Shown one piece after another: positions 20,479 to 30,673 of a stretch of 64,000 nt of DNA; position 1 is the first letter of the stretch, and every line of letters begins with the position of its first letter. The stretch is from contig JBDRYB010000001.1 in NCBI GenBank assembly GCA_039803205.1, positions 1 to 64,000 on the forward strand. The letters run 5' to 3'. The DNA comes from a candidate division WOR-3 bacterium (lineage in GTDB: Bacteria > Hydrothermota > Hydrothermia > JBDRYB01). Both the position numbers and the translations under genes were made by a program. Under the pieces are notes generated by a model. That model made no database searches and was not told the origin of the DNA. It saw nothing but the letters and a program-made list of their open reading frames with translations.

Positions 20479-21297
20479 ATGGCCAACAAGTTTCAGACGG
20501 TCATTGGGTTCCTAAAATCCCTTAAAAACATGGGGATTTTGGACCCTCTTTACAGGTTCTCAGCCCTCACAACCCAGATACCCATATTCGGAGAGCTGTT
20601 CCATCCCTGGTTTAGGGACTACAACCTTCACATGACCGTGGTCCCAGTGAACGCCCGGCTACCGGTTCCAGCAAACACTCCCCTCCCAATGGCGCTTCTG
20701 GAATACCTGATAGCTGAGGCCAGCTTCCGGTTCATATTCCACAGGTGCCCCTGCAGGGAGATGTTTGAGTGCGAGAATTATCCCAGGGAAATAGGCTGTA
20801 TATTCCTGGGGAGGGACGCCCGAAGGATAGACAGGACATGGGGCCACCCCGCTAGTGCCGAAGAATGCCTCGCACACGCTGAGCGAGCGATTAGCCTGGG
20901 CCTCGTGCCCATGTTCGGAAAGTTCAAGATGGACAATATCGGCCTCGGCATCCCGGACCGCAAGCGCCTCATATCAGTCTGCTTCTGTTGCGAATGCTGT
21001 TGCCTTTTCAGATATACACCCCTCGTAGCCCCATCCATTCAGGAGAGGATAAAGCGGCTGGAGGGGGTCACGGTAAGGGTCAACGAGAACTGCAACGCTT
21101 GCGGCGAATGCCTCTCTGCATGTGCTATGGGGGCAATTTCCGTGAACGGTGTGGCCGAGATAGACCAGAGGCTCTGCAAGGGTTGCGGAAGGTGCGCGAT
21201 GGCATGCCCCGCAGGAGCCATAGATGTGATCGTAGAACGAGCAATTGCTACAGAGAACATTCTGGGTCAGCTCAGGAAAATTGCTGATATAAGGTGA
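20479..21297 (+). CDS. 4Fe-4S dicluster protein
   Basis: CPCR, CFCCECCC, CNACGEC..AC and CKGCGRC..ACP. Confidence 0.88.
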   Translation: MANKFQTVIGFLKSLKNMGILDPLYRFSALTTQIPIFGELFHPWFRDYNLHMTVVPVNARLPVPANTPLPMALLEYLIAEASFRFIFHRCPCREMFECENYPREIGCIFLGRDARRIDRTWGHPASAEECLAHAERAISLGLVPMFGKFKMDNIGLGIPDRKRLISVCFCCECCCLFRYTPLVAPSIQERIKRLEGVTVRVNENCNACGECLSACAMGAISVNGVAEIDQRLCKGCGRCAMACPAGAIDVIVERAIATENILGQLRKIADIR

Positions 21298-21300
21298 TGC

Positions 21301-22083
21301 TCAGCGAACAGCGAGAACCCCTGTGGTTCTTCCTGCCTTATACAGATATACCCCTTGTGGGAGGCAGATCCTAACCTGGCCCGAAAATTCCCGCGAGAAA
21401 ACGAGCCTTCCACTAGGCTCATATATCCTCAGGGAAACTGGGGCCTCTGAGCCCGAGAGGAAAACAACCTCACCCAGGGAGGGATTCGGAAAAACAGCGA
21501 GGAATTCGCGTTCTCTTTCGCCTTCATCCACATCTATGGACTCAAAGATCGCCCTCACCATGTAATCCCCCGGGGTTATGGTGTCTTGAACCCAAGCCGT
21601 GTCCGTGACGCTGAAGAGGTAGTTATAGCCGTCTGGGCCAGAGTCATACCAATTCTGATACCAGAGGAGGGGGTTCAGGGAGGTATCGGTCATCCAGCCA
21701 ACATAGACATACCCGGGGTCCACGATGATGGGAGGAACGCTCACATCAACGGCATACCAGCTGTCATAGTAGAGACTGCCCGCTGTCCCAAATCCAAGTG
21801 GAGTTCCAGGCAAACCCCCAGGACCGTCATCGTTGAAAACGAACCAGTGAAGTATCGGGGTCTCAAATCCCAGGAGCCTCCCAGGGTAGTAAAGGAGGGT
21901 CTTTATGCGGCCAAACCCTGGCACGGGAAGCCCGACCAGCTCAATATCCCCTGGAATGGGAAGGCCGGCAACGCCGGTTGGGATACCATCGTCAACTCTC
22001 AGGGTCTCTATTGCCTGTGGAGCGAAAAGCCCACCGGGCTCACCAAAATCCACAAAAGCTATGGCTAAAAATAAAACCTTCAT
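21301..22083 (-). CDS. Secreted protein with T9SS-like CTD
   Basis: Short hydrophobic N-terminus; VFPNPS...IYEPSGRLV...GVYLY. Confidence 0.75.
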   Translation of the reverse strand: MKVLFLAIAFVDFGEPGGLFAPQAIETLRVDDGIPTGVAGLPIPGDIELVGLPVPGFGRIKTLLYYPGRLLGFETPILHWFVFNDDGPGGLPGTPLGFGTAGSLYYDSWYAVDVSVPPIIVDPGYVYVGWMTDTSLNPLLWYQNWYDSGPDGYNYLFSVTDTAWVQDTITPGDYMVRAIFESIDVDEGEREREFLAVFPNPSLGEVVFLSGSEAPVSLRIYEPSGRLVFSREFSGQVRICLPQGVYLYKAGRTTGVLAVR

Positions 22084-22181
22084 GCTGAGATTATCCACCA
22101 AGGCTTAACGAGGATCAAGCTGCGGTAGAACGAGCAGCCTGTATCGCATTCATCATCAGATGAGGTAACCCGCGCACGCCT

Positions 22182-23192
22182 TTAAGCCAACCGCTCCAAT
22201 ACTCCACCGGAAGCAAGAACTGCCCTCGCGGCCTCGTAGCCGCGCTCAGCGGCCTCCTCAGCCCTGTGAAACTCCATGTAGCCAATGTCATCCAGTGGGA
22301 CATCTATCACCAGATCGGGCGCGCCTTCTCCGGTTAGGCTATCCTCTATCATTGCGGCCTCCATGGCCAGGACCGCCTTCTCAGTTAAGCGGAATATGTT
22401 GAACTCCCTGAGTTGCTCTATCTCATGGACTATCTCAACGAGGAGCTTTCTCCTCTCGGGGCCCAGAGGCCTCTTGAGAGCGACCCTCTTGAGATCGCGT
22501 TTCCTGCGGGACATGACATTCACGGCAAGCACCCTCTCCGCTCCCAGCTCGCGCGCGACCCCCACCGGCACAGGGTCCAAAAGTCCACCATCAACGAGTA
22601 TCATCCTTCCCCTCCTCAGTGGAGAGAACACCCCGGGTATGGATATTGATGCCCTTATTGCAGGTGCAACGAGGCCGGAATCAAAAAGGACCTCCTGGCC
22701 ATCAGAGATGTCCACCGCAACGCAGGCAAACGGAACAGAGAGCTCCTCTATCCTGCGCTCGCCAAAGAAATTGATCAGAAATTCCTCTATCTTCGTCGCG
22801 TCAAAGAGGGCGGACGCGGAGGGTTTGACCGGGATGAACTCAGATGCCTTCTTCTTCGTCCCGGAGACCATCCTGGTTATGCCGAGCATGATGTGGGACT
22901 TGACTCCCTCAGCGTAGAAAGCTCCGACCAGAGCCCCCATTGAACATCCAACCACGAGATCTGGCCTGAATCCGAACTCATCAAGGGCCCGGACTACCCC
23001 AACATGCGCGAAACCCCTTGCGGAACCGCCGCCAAGGACCAGGGCATTTCTGTATCTGCTGGCCAAGGGAAGATTATGGAGCAAGAATAAATGAGGGTTC
23101 AATTCTCGTCCCCGGACGAGCTCAATGAGAAATTGAGGGTGCGCAAAAAGAAGGTTTATACTCTCCCGAGTAAAATATGAAGAGGATGCCAC
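22182..23192 (-). CDS. Patatin-like phospholipase
   Basis: GGGSARG, GCSMG, DGG motifs; start uncertain. Confidence 0.9.
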   Translation of the reverse strand: MASSSYFTRESINLLFAHPQFLIELVRGRELNPHLFLLHNLPLASRYRNALVLGGGSARGFAHVGVVRALDEFGFRPDLVVGCSMGALVGAFYAEGVKSHIMLGITRMVSGTKKKASEFIPVKPSASALFDATKIEEFLINFFGERRIEELSVPFACVAVDISDGQEVLFDSGLVAPAIRASISIPGVFSPLRRGRMILVDGGLLDPVPVGVARELGAERVLAVNVMSRRKRDLKRVALKRPLGPERRKLLVEIVHEIEQLREFNIFRLTEKAVLAMEAAMIEDSLTGEGAPDLVIDVPLDDIGYMEFHRAEEAAERGYEAARAVLASGGVLERLA

Positions 23193-23220
23193 CCTGAACT
23201 CTCGCGAAGGCTTTTAGCGT

Positions 23221-24126
23221 ATGAATCAATCCCTTTTCTTTCTATTGAACCTCTCATGGCATCTCCATCTATCGTTGGGTATCCCATTCGGGGTGAACTA
23301 CGGGGGAATAGAACCCTCCCTGAAAGAGTGGAAGAAAAATGCCCCGCCTCCTCTGGATACAACAAGCACCCTCAGCACAGCCTCCGACATGGACTTTGCG
23401 GGTTCCATAGGGATGGAGCTTTCGGCGTATGGCTTCTGGTTGAGCGGCCTATACGCTGGGGGCCAAACCAACACGCTGATTATGGACACCGCTAAGGACG
23501 AGCATGTGGGGAATATATTCGGCTCATTCGGGCTTGCTTCGTTATCACTGGGCCTGGAGGCCGGAAACCTTTATTACGGCCTGGGGCCATTTATCTCTTA
23601 TGCTTCCTCAGAAATAGGCTATGATTTTCTCTATGGTAATAAAGATAGCGTTGTAGTGGGAATAAGACCAAGCTACAAAGCGGCAGGGGTAAGGTTTCGG
23701 ACCCCTTTGTTCATGGTTCAATACGCGCATCCCATTGAAACTGAAGGAACATCTGATCTCCTCGTTTCACTGGGGTATGGCTCATCCGGTAAGGATGAGA
23801 AATACCCTGGCGCAGAAAAAGGCCCCTCGTCCCAGGAGGAACAGGAAACAGAGGACTATTCGCCCGAAAGAACCTACATGGGGCTTTATTACCGGCGGCT
23901 CTGGCGAGGCGAGAATGTCGGCCAAAGCGCGGGATGCCTCTTGGGTGCAGGGTGGAGCTCGTGTCTGGGACCCTTATCGTTTTATACTGGCTGTATAAAG
24001 GATGTGTGGTCTAGTTGCATAGTGCCCATATGGCCGTGGGCCAAAGAAAGAAATAAGGGGCAGAGCACGGGCAGAAAGGGCAGGATCCTGACCACCCACC
24101 AGCGCCTAGCCAAGGGAGCAAAATAG
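23221..24126 (+). CDS. Hypothetical protein, possibly outer-membrane beta-strand rich
   Basis: 301-aa ORF filling the gap; alternating aromatic/Gly strands. Confidence 0.5.
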   Translation: MNQSLFFLLNLSWHLHLSLGIPFGVNYGGIEPSLKEWKKNAPPPLDTTSTLSTASDMDFAGSIGMELSAYGFWLSGLYAGGQTNTLIMDTAKDEHVGNIFGSFGLASLSLGLEAGNLYYGLGPFISYASSEIGYDFLYGNKDSVVVGIRPSYKAAGVRFRTPLFMVQYAHPIETEGTSDLLVSLGYGSSGKDEKYPGAEKGPSSQEEQETEDYSPERTYMGLYYRRLWRGENVGQSAGCLLGAGWSSCLGPLSFYTGCIKDVWSSCIVPIWPWAKERNKGQSTGRKGRILTTHQRLAKGAK

Positions 24127-24137
24127 CGAATCCGGAA

Positions 24138-26435
24138 TCAGCCCCGGCCCTTCCAAACATACCCCTTCTTTCTCAGCCCTGTCATGTCCGCATCGGGGCC
24201 AAAGCACTCCTCAAAAAGCTCGTGGAAGCTCCCCGAACCTATCTCGTGGACCAACCTTCTGCCCTCAACCGAAAGCCCCCGAACCTCGCTCAGGGGTTCC
24301 AATCCCTCAGGGAGCTCATAGATTATCCCCACTATCTCGCCCCAGGCTGGCCTTCTGCCCTCCTCGCACGAGACCAGGCCAAACCCCTCAGGCAGGTAAT
24401 CTTCAAGCCTCTCCGAAAGCCCCTCATCCTCGCCTTCAATCTCAATGTAAAACATCTCCGCGTCCGAGGCCACCCCAAGAGGTGCTGGTGGGCCAGAGCT
24501 CAGGCTCGGCCTCATCACATAGCCCTTCGTGTAGCACATGAAAAAGCCAGCCCTTGATATGGCTCTCGTGAGGACCCTCATGGTGTCGTTGCCGGACAAA
24601 AACCTCGCGGGGCCGTGCTTTGACAAATTTATTACGAAGCCCTTTTTCGGTCTCTCGCTCCCCGTCCCCCGTTTCCCGGTGGTGGATAAAACTGTGTTCG
24701 GCTCCGGAAGCCCAAAGCAATACCTCCATCCCTGAGCTAGATATGGCCCGCAGTTGGCGCAAGAACCGCCCCGGCACGATGGGGTTACCTCAGCGCCTAT
24801 GGCTTTTGCTCTCTCCGAGAGGAGGAAATCCTCTTTTATGCCAGACTCAATTATATTATAAGGAAGAAATGAACCGGGCTCCTTCGGCTTCATGTAATCT
24901 TCAATCACCCTTCCAAATGATTCAAAGGCTCTGAGCCAGGCGCCAGGCCTCATTCCCTCGGTCCAATCATCAAAAAGCGCGCCCTCCCGATATGCCCCGA
25001 GGATCACCTCGCTCAGCTCCTCCCCTCCCCTGGCCAAAACACCTTCCAAAAGCGAGCCAAAGGGGTCCTTCATGGTGAGGCTCAGGTTCCTGGCCCTTGC
25101 TTCTGATTTAACTATACGGAAACGGGCTCTTGCCTCATCCGGGCCTATTTGGGGTTCCCACTGGAATGGGGTAAATGGCCTTGGGACGAATGTCGCGAAC
25201 GAGGCCTTTATGTTGAGGGAAGGAAAAGCTCTCGCTATCTTGCGAAGGAAACGGCCTGTCTCCCTGAGATCCTCCTCGGTCTCTGTGGGGAGGCCTATCA
25301 TGAAATAGAGCTTGACATGCTTAACCCTGAAGCGGCTCGCGGCCTCAAGGCTCCTCAGGACCGACTCAGGGGGCACGGACTTGTTTATTACTCTAGCCAG
25401 CCTTTCGGATGCGGTCTCGGGCGCCAGGGTAAATGATGATGTTCTTGAGCCACCTATCAAGGGGAGGATCCTCTCAAGCGCGTCAGCGGGAAGGGATGGG
25501 AGTGAGATCCTAACCCAGGGGAGATCCTCCCTTATCCGAGAAATAACCTCTTCAAGCCAGGGATACTCAGAGAGGGAAAAACCCGAAAGCCCTATCTCAT
25601 CCCAACCTGTTGACATGAGTCCCTCTTTGGCCAGGGATGTCGCATCCTCCGGGTCCCTCAGCCTCAGGGGCCTTGAACAAAAACCCCCTTGACAGAATCT
25701 GCATCCAGCTAGACAGCCGCGTGTCAGCTCAATCGTCAGCCTGTCGTGGGTTATGGCGATGTTGGGGACAACTGGCCTCCTAGGGAACCGGGGGAGCTCA
25801 GCGAACCTCCTGGCCGTTCCCCGATTGTATCCCGGAACATAAACCCCCCTGATCTTTGCGAGCTCCTTGAGAACCGCATCCCTATCCATATCCCTTCTGG
25901 CCCAAGCCAACAGGGGGCCCTCCATTTCCAGGATCACATCCTCCCCGTCGCCTATAACGAGAGCATCAAAAAACCGAGAGAGCGGGAGGGGATTCGCGGT
26001 GCAAGGGCCGCCGGCTATAACCAGAGGATGCTGGTTTCCCCTATGTTCTGATAAAATGGGTATCCCAGAGAGCTCAAGAACCTTGAGGGCGTTTGTGTAT
26101 GTGAGCTCTGTCTGAAGGGTTATGCCCACGACATCAAAATCCAAAACCGGGCTCTTGGTCTCCAGGCTGAAGAGGGGAATCCGCTCAGCCTCCATCAATC
26201 CAATGGCATCAACCCACGGAAGAAAAGCCCTCTCAGCGCACACCCCTGGCCTCGCGTTCAGCGCCTCGTAAAGGATGGCAAGGCCGAGATTGCTCATGCC
26301 TATCTCATATGTGTCCGGATAAACGAGGCACCACCGGAGAAACGCTCCCTCTTTTATGGTTGAGTTGAACTCGCCGCCAGTGTAGCGGCCGGGCTTTTCT
26401 AGACGGAGGAGATGGGGATAAAGGGGGTGGATCAA
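24138..26435 (-). CDS. B12-binding-type radical SAM protein fused to radical-SAM-linked (DUF2344-like) domain
   Basis: EKPGRYTGGE, YPDTYEIGMSNLG, RGCLAGCRFC; C-terminal K.G.ARFLS...Y.KGY..RP. Confidence 0.88.
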   Translation of the reverse strand: MIHPLYPHLLRLEKPGRYTGGEFNSTIKEGAFLRWCLVYPDTYEIGMSNLGLAILYEALNARPGVCAERAFLPWVDAIGLMEAERIPLFSLETKSPVLDFDVVGITLQTELTYTNALKVLELSGIPILSEHRGNQHPLVIAGGPCTANPLPLSRFFDALVIGDGEDVILEMEGPLLAWARRDMDRDAVLKELAKIRGVYVPGYNRGTARRFAELPRFPRRPVVPNIAITHDRLTIELTRGCLAGCRFCQGGFCSRPLRLRDPEDATSLAKEGLMSTGWDEIGLSGFSLSEYPWLEEVISRIREDLPWVRISLPSLPADALERILPLIGGSRTSSFTLAPETASERLARVINKSVPPESVLRSLEAASRFRVKHVKLYFMIGLPTETEEDLRETGRFLRKIARAFPSLNIKASFATFVPRPFTPFQWEPQIGPDEARARFRIVKSEARARNLSLTMKDPFGSLLEGVLARGGEELSEVILGAYREGALFDDWTEGMRPGAWLRAFESFGRVIEDYMKPKEPGSFLPYNIIESGIKEDFLLSERAKAIGAEVTPSCRGGSCANCGPYLAQGWRYCFGLPEPNTVLSTTGKRGTGSERPKKGFVINLSKHGPARFLSGNDTMRVLTRAISRAGFFMCYTKGYVMRPSLSSGPPAPLGVASDAEMFYIEIEGEDEGLSERLEDYLPEGFGLVSCEEGRRPAWGEIVGIIYELPEGLEPLSEVRGLSVEGRRLVHEIGSGSFHELFEECFGPDADMTGLRKKGYVWKGRG

Positions 26436-26548
26436 GTTAGAGAATAAAAAAGAACCTCTCTGTAGACAAGGGCAACACCTTTTGTCTCAAAAAGAAAAAT
26501 GCACGCAAAATCTGGATTCGCGGGCCAGGTTTTTCAACCCAAGAGCAA

Positions 26549-26920
26549 TCATTTCTTCCCTTCCCCAAACTCAACCAGAGATAGAACCGCCATCTCAGCG
26601 CAGTCCCCGCGCCTGGGGCCCAGTTTGACTATCCGGGTGTAGCCTCCTGGCCTATCCCTGTAGAGAGGGGCTATATCAGTGAAGAGCTTGTTGGTCAAGA
26701 CCCTGTCCACCAGAAAACGCCTTACCTCCCTCCTGTTGTGAACTGTGTCCTCTTTTGCCGTAGTTATCAAGCGCTCAGCGATCCGCCCGGCCGCCCGGGC
26801 CCTTGTCAGGGTTGTCTCCACCCTACCGCTCAGGAAAAGCCCCCTAACTATATTTCTCAGAATGGCCTTCCGGTGCTCCGGCTCCCTGTTGAGCTTAATA
26901 ACACGCTTGCGGTGCCTCAA
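26549..26920 (-). CDS. rplQ: 50S ribosomal protein L17
   Basis: MRHRK...R.GGYTRIVKLG.R.GD.A. Confidence 0.98.
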   Translation of the reverse strand: MRHRKRVIKLNREPEHRKAILRNIVRGLFLSGRVETTLTRARAAGRIAERLITTAKEDTVHNRREVRRFLVDRVLTNKLFTDIAPLYRDRPGGYTRIVKLGPRRGDCAEMAVLSLVEFGEGKK

Positions 26921-27936
26921 AGCTCCTCCTCCTTCATAACCTCTGAGAGGTCCATGCCGAAATCGAGTCCAAACTTCTCAAGGACCTCCCTTATCTCCTT
27001 GAGGGACTTCTCGCCAAAGTTTTTCACCTTTAGCATCTCCTTAGCGGTTTTGGCAACAAGGTCCCCTATGGTGACGAAGCCCGCTTCCTTTAGGCAGGTA
27101 AGGGTTCTCTTCTGGAGCTCCAGGGATTCAATCGGCTCCGAGATGATGGCCCTGATGCGTTGGCGCTGTTCAAACCTGAGCCTCCGTTCCTCATATGAGG
27201 GCAGAGGCGGAGCCTCCAGTCTTATCTGTAATTTCTCGGCCAATTTTCCAAATATCTCCAAGGCCTCAGCGAGGACATCGTCCGGACGCCTCGTCCCATC
27301 AGTCCATATCTCCAGGTTCAGCTTCTCTTTGTCCATCGCGGCCTTCACCCGAACATTCTCCACGGAGTAATTAACCCTCTTTACGGGATTGAAAAGCCCG
27401 TCAAGGAACAAGGTGCCGGCCGGGAAGCTCTCCCTGAGGGAGTCAGGATAGCCTTCAACGGGGACAAAACCGAGACCACGAATAGCCGTTAGCTCAGCGT
27501 ATATCTCTTCATCCTTTAGCTGGCCCGTAATGGAAAAAAGGTATTCCTCTGGGTTGACTATCTTCACGCCCGGAGGAAGTTCTATGGCCTCTGCCCTGAC
27601 CTCGCCCTTGCCCTTTGCTCTCAGATACAATTCCTGTCTATCATCCGCCTTGGGATCGAAAGCGAGCCGAACGCGCTTGAGGTTGAGAAGGATGATTGGA
27701 ATCTCCTCCAAAACGCCTGGGATGGTTGAAAACTCGTGAAATACATCCTTTATCCGGACGGCAACTATAGCGGCTCCACTAATAGAGGAAAGAAGGATGC
27801 GTCTCAGCGAATTGCCGACCGTATATCCATACCCCCTTTCTAGTGGGGATATGACAAACCTACCGTAACGGTCCTCAACCCTCTCCGCGTGAAAACCAAC
27901 GGGCAGGACCAGCTCAAACATCTCTGTTTTTTTCAT
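26917..27936 (-). CDS. rpoA: RNA polymerase alpha subunit
   Basis: PLERGYGYTVGNSLRRILLSS; CTD KNFGEKSL.EI. Confidence 0.98.
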   Translation of the reverse strand: MKKTEMFELVLPVGFHAERVEDRYGRFVISPLERGYGYTVGNSLRRILLSSISGAAIVAVRIKDVFHEFSTIPGVLEEIPIILLNLKRVRLAFDPKADDRQELYLRAKGKGEVRAEAIELPPGVKIVNPEEYLFSITGQLKDEEIYAELTAIRGLGFVPVEGYPDSLRESFPAGTLFLDGLFNPVKRVNYSVENVRVKAAMDKEKLNLEIWTDGTRRPDDVLAEALEIFGKLAEKLQIRLEAPPLPSYEERRLRFEQRQRIRAIISEPIESLELQKRTLTCLKEAGFVTIGDLVAKTAKEMLKVKNFGEKSLKEIREVLEKFGLDFGMDLSEVMKEEEL

Positions 27937-28562
27937 CGCGAGTAAAACTCCACTATGTGCCTTTCCGTTATTGGATGGGTAATATCTATCCTGGTGGGCA
28001 GATCTACGAGCGTTCCCGTAAAGGGCTCGGGTTTGCTGAGCCAGGAGGGCAAGGCTGATGATGATACCGAACTCACAGCTGATGCGACCTCCGGATTGGA
28101 AATGAAATCCTCATCAACCGAGACCCTATCCCCTTTCTTTAGGATTAAGGAGGGAATGTTAACCTTTCTGCCATTAACCCGTATGTGGCCGTGAGAAACG
28201 AATTGCCTGGCCTGGACTCTTGACTTTGCAAAACCCAGACGGAAGACCACATTATCCAGACGCCTTTCAAGGAGAGAAAGAAAATTCTCGCCAGTGTTGC
28301 CTGGCAACCGGGAAGCAACAAGGTAATAGCGCCGGAATTGACGCTCTCCGACCCCATATATTCTCTTTACCTTCTGCTTTTCGCGCAGTTGGATTCCGTA
28401 GATGGACATCTTGCGGCCCTTTCTTCGGAAGCCATGCATTCCCGGTGGATAAGGCCTTTTTTCATACGGACACTTTCCGCCAATGCATTTTTCTCCTTTC
28501 AGAAAGAGCTTCTCTCCCTCTCGTCTGCACAACCTGCATTTTGGTCCAGTATAGCGTGCCAT
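27933..28562 (-). CDS. rpsD: 30S ribosomal protein S4 (Zn-binding type)
   Basis: MARYTGPKCRLCRREG, LERRLDNVV. Confidence 0.98.
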   Translation of the reverse strand: MARYTGPKCRLCRREGEKLFLKGEKCIGGKCPYEKRPYPPGMHGFRRKGRKMSIYGIQLREKQKVKRIYGVGERQFRRYYLVASRLPGNTGENFLSLLERRLDNVVFRLGFAKSRVQARQFVSHGHIRVNGRKVNIPSLILKKGDRVSVDEDFISNPEVASAVSSVSSSALPSWLSKPEPFTGTLVDLPTRIDITHPITERHIVEFYSR

Positions 28563-28563
28563 C

Positions 28564-28965
28564 TTACATGCGTCTCCTCTTTGGGGGCCTACAACCGTTG
28601 TGGGGGATAGGTGTTACATCTTTTATGGCAAAAACAGTGAGTCCAGCGGCTCCCACAGCTCTCACTGCGGCTTCCCTTCCAGGCCCAGGGCCCTTAACCC
28701 TTATCTCTACTTTTTCTATGCCGAGGTTTTTTGCTTCTCGGGCCGCTGATTCCGCGGCCCTGGAAGCGGCAAATGGGGTTCCCTTTCGGGTTCCGGTGAA
28801 TCCAAGGGTTCCGGCCGATGACCAAGTTATGACATTTCCGTGGTTGTCGGTGACTGTGACTATGGTGTTGTTGAAGGTTGAGTGTATGTGGACAATACCA
28901 ACATTGTCAGCCCTTTTGGCCTTCCTCCTGTGCGCCGCAGAACGTGCTCTGTCTCTCCTTGCCAC
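28564..28965 (-). CDS. rpsK: 30S ribosomal protein S11
   Basis: [25 protein letters not shown]. Confidence 0.98.
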   Translation of the reverse strand: MARRDRARSAAHRRKAKRADNVGIVHIHSTFNNTIVTVTDNHGNVITWSSAGTLGFTGTRKGTPFAASRAAESAAREAKNLGIEKVEIRVKGPGPGREAAVRAVGAAGLTVFAIKDVTPIPHNGCRPPKRRRM

Positions 28966-28967
28966 GG

Positions 28968-29339
28968 TTACCTCTTTTTGGTTTTCTTGAATATGTTACC
29001 ATGGGGGCCCTTGCGCGTCCGCGCGTTGGACCTCGTTCTCTGACCGCGAACGGGCAAGCCCTGCTTGTGCCTGAGGCCCCTGTAGCACTCAATGTCCGTC
29101 AAACGCTTGATGTTCTGACTGATCTCCGTTCGCAGAGCGCCCTCTATTTTATAAGCTTCTATGGCTCTTCTGAGCGCCTGAACTTCGTCATCCGTGAGGT
29201 CTTTCACCCTCTTGGCTGGGTCTATTCCTTCCCTTGCCAATAACATAAGGGCTCGGGAGCGACCTATTCCAAAGATGTGGGTCAAACCCACATCAACTCT
29301 TTTGTTCTTCGGCAAATCAACGCCGCCTATCCTCGCCAT
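28968..29339 (-). CDS. rpsM: 30S ribosomal protein S13
   Basis: [28 protein letters not shown]. Confidence 0.98.
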   Translation of the reverse strand: MARIGGVDLPKNKRVDVGLTHIFGIGRSRALMLLAREGIDPAKRVKDLTDDEVQALRRAIEAYKIEGALRTEISQNIKRLTDIECYRGLRHKQGLPVRGQRTRSNARTRKGPHGNIFKKTKKR

Positions 29340-29342
29340 AAG

Positions 29343-29456
29343 CTAACCCTGTCTTTGCTTGTGCTTGGGGTTATTGCAGATAACCCTAACCCTTCCCCGG
29401 CGCCTTATTATTCTGCACCGAGGACACATCTTCTTTACCGAAGCCCTTACCTTCAT
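29343..29456 (-). CDS. rpmJ: 50S ribosomal protein L36 (not in ORF track)
   Basis: Hand translation [44 protein letters not shown]. Confidence 0.97.
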   Translation of the reverse strand: MKVRASVKKMCPRCRIIRRRGRVRVICNNPKHKQRQG

Positions 29457-29490
29457 AAAATACTCCTATACCCTTTAACTGGGGCCGAAG

Positions 29491-29520
29491 ATTATAAGGC
29501 AAACCCCAGGGAGGGATCAA
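29491..29520 (-). promoter_or_regulatory. Sigma70-like promoter of the rpmJ-rplQ operon
   Basis: TTGATC (29520-29515), 18 nt, TATAAT (29496-29491). Confidence 0.6.
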
Positions 29521-29625
29521 GTTTTACAGCGCAATCCGTTCACGAGGTCTGGTTGCCCGGAGAAATAAATGGTTGGCCAGAATTGGTTGCCCCAGTTTGT
29601 CCTCCGGCCTTATCCTTTGTTACGC

Positions 29626-30195
29626 ATGAAAAGGATCGTCGTGATGGGTTCTGGAAATGGTAGCAATTTCCAAGCCATAGCGGAGTATATCAGGGATAAA
29701 GGCCTCCCCATAGAAATATCCGCGATGATAACCGATAACCCCAAGGCATTCATAATAGAGAGGGCCAAAAACCTGGGGATTCAAGCGAAAGTGCTTGACT
29801 ACAAGTCCATAGGTGACAAGGCTCTCTACAACAGAATGCTCCTTGACCTCCTCCTGGAGCTTACGCCTGATCTCGTGGTCTTGGCTGGCTACATGCGTAT
29901 CCTTCCACCTGAGATAGTAAAGGCTTTCAGGGGCAAGATCATCAACATACACCCCGCACTCTTGCCGTCTTTCCCTGGGCTTCACGCTATAGAACAGGCC
30001 TGGTCTCACGGGGTAAAGGTAACCGGCGTCACGGTCCACTATGTAGATGAGGGCGTTGACACGGGCCCAATAATAGACCAGGTTCCTGTCAGAATAGAGC
30101 CGGGAGATACCCTTGAGAGCCTTGAAGCAAAGATACACGAGGCAGAACATGAGCTATACCCAAAGGTCATCCAGAGAATCCTCCTGGGCGATTAG
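29626..30195 (+). CDS. purN: Phosphoribosylglycinamide formyltransferase
   Basis: SGNGSNFQA, LAGYMRIL, NIHPALLPSF, DTGPII. Confidence 0.97.
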   Translation: MKRIVVMGSGNGSNFQAIAEYIRDKGLPIEISAMITDNPKAFIIERAKNLGIQAKVLDYKSIGDKALYNRMLLDLLLELTPDLVVLAGYMRILPPEIVKAFRGKIINIHPALLPSFPGLHAIEQAWSHGVKVTGVTVHYVDEGVDTGPIIDQVPVRIEPGDTLESLEAKIHEAEHELYPKVIQRILLGD

Positions 30196-30673
30196 GGTCA
30201 TATCAAGCTCCCCGGACAGAACCCGTGAAATAGGGGGATTGTTGACGGGTTTTGTGGTTCCAGGAACCTTTATTGCGCTCTTTGGCGCCCTGGGCACCGG
30301 CAAGACGGAGCTCGTTAGGGGTTTTGTGGAGAGCTTGGGCCTTGCGGGAGTAAAAAGCCCTAGTTTCACCATCGCGAACATCTACGAAAAGAACGGGCTG
30401 AAGGTCTATCACTTTGACCTCTACAGGCTTCATGGCCCGGTTGACGCTGAGGAAACAGGGCTTCTGGACGCCCTGGCCCAGAAGGATGGCTTTATCTTCA
30501 TGGAGTGGGCGGATAACGCTGATTGGCTCCCGCCTGAGCGGCTTGATGTTGCTCTAACCCACATGAGGGAACGGGAAAGGGCAATAGAGTTGATCAGCTA
30601 CCTGGATTGGTTTGATGGGGAGGGCTTTACGGCCGCGCTGAACGAGCGCGGCTTCAGGTATGAGATTTATTGA
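30191..30673 (+). CDS. tsaE: t6A biosynthesis ATPase TsaE
   Basis: GALGTGKT, V.SPSF, YHFDLYRL, EWA; start uncertain (ATT 30191 or ATG 30149). Confidence 0.92.
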   Translation: MRVISSSPDRTREIGGLLTGFVVPGTFIALFGALGTGKTELVRGFVESLGLAGVKSPSFTIANIYEKNGLKVYHFDLYRLHGPVDAEETGLLDALAQKDGFIFMEWADNADWLPPERLDVALTHMRERERAIELISYLDWFDGEGFTAALNERGFRYEIY

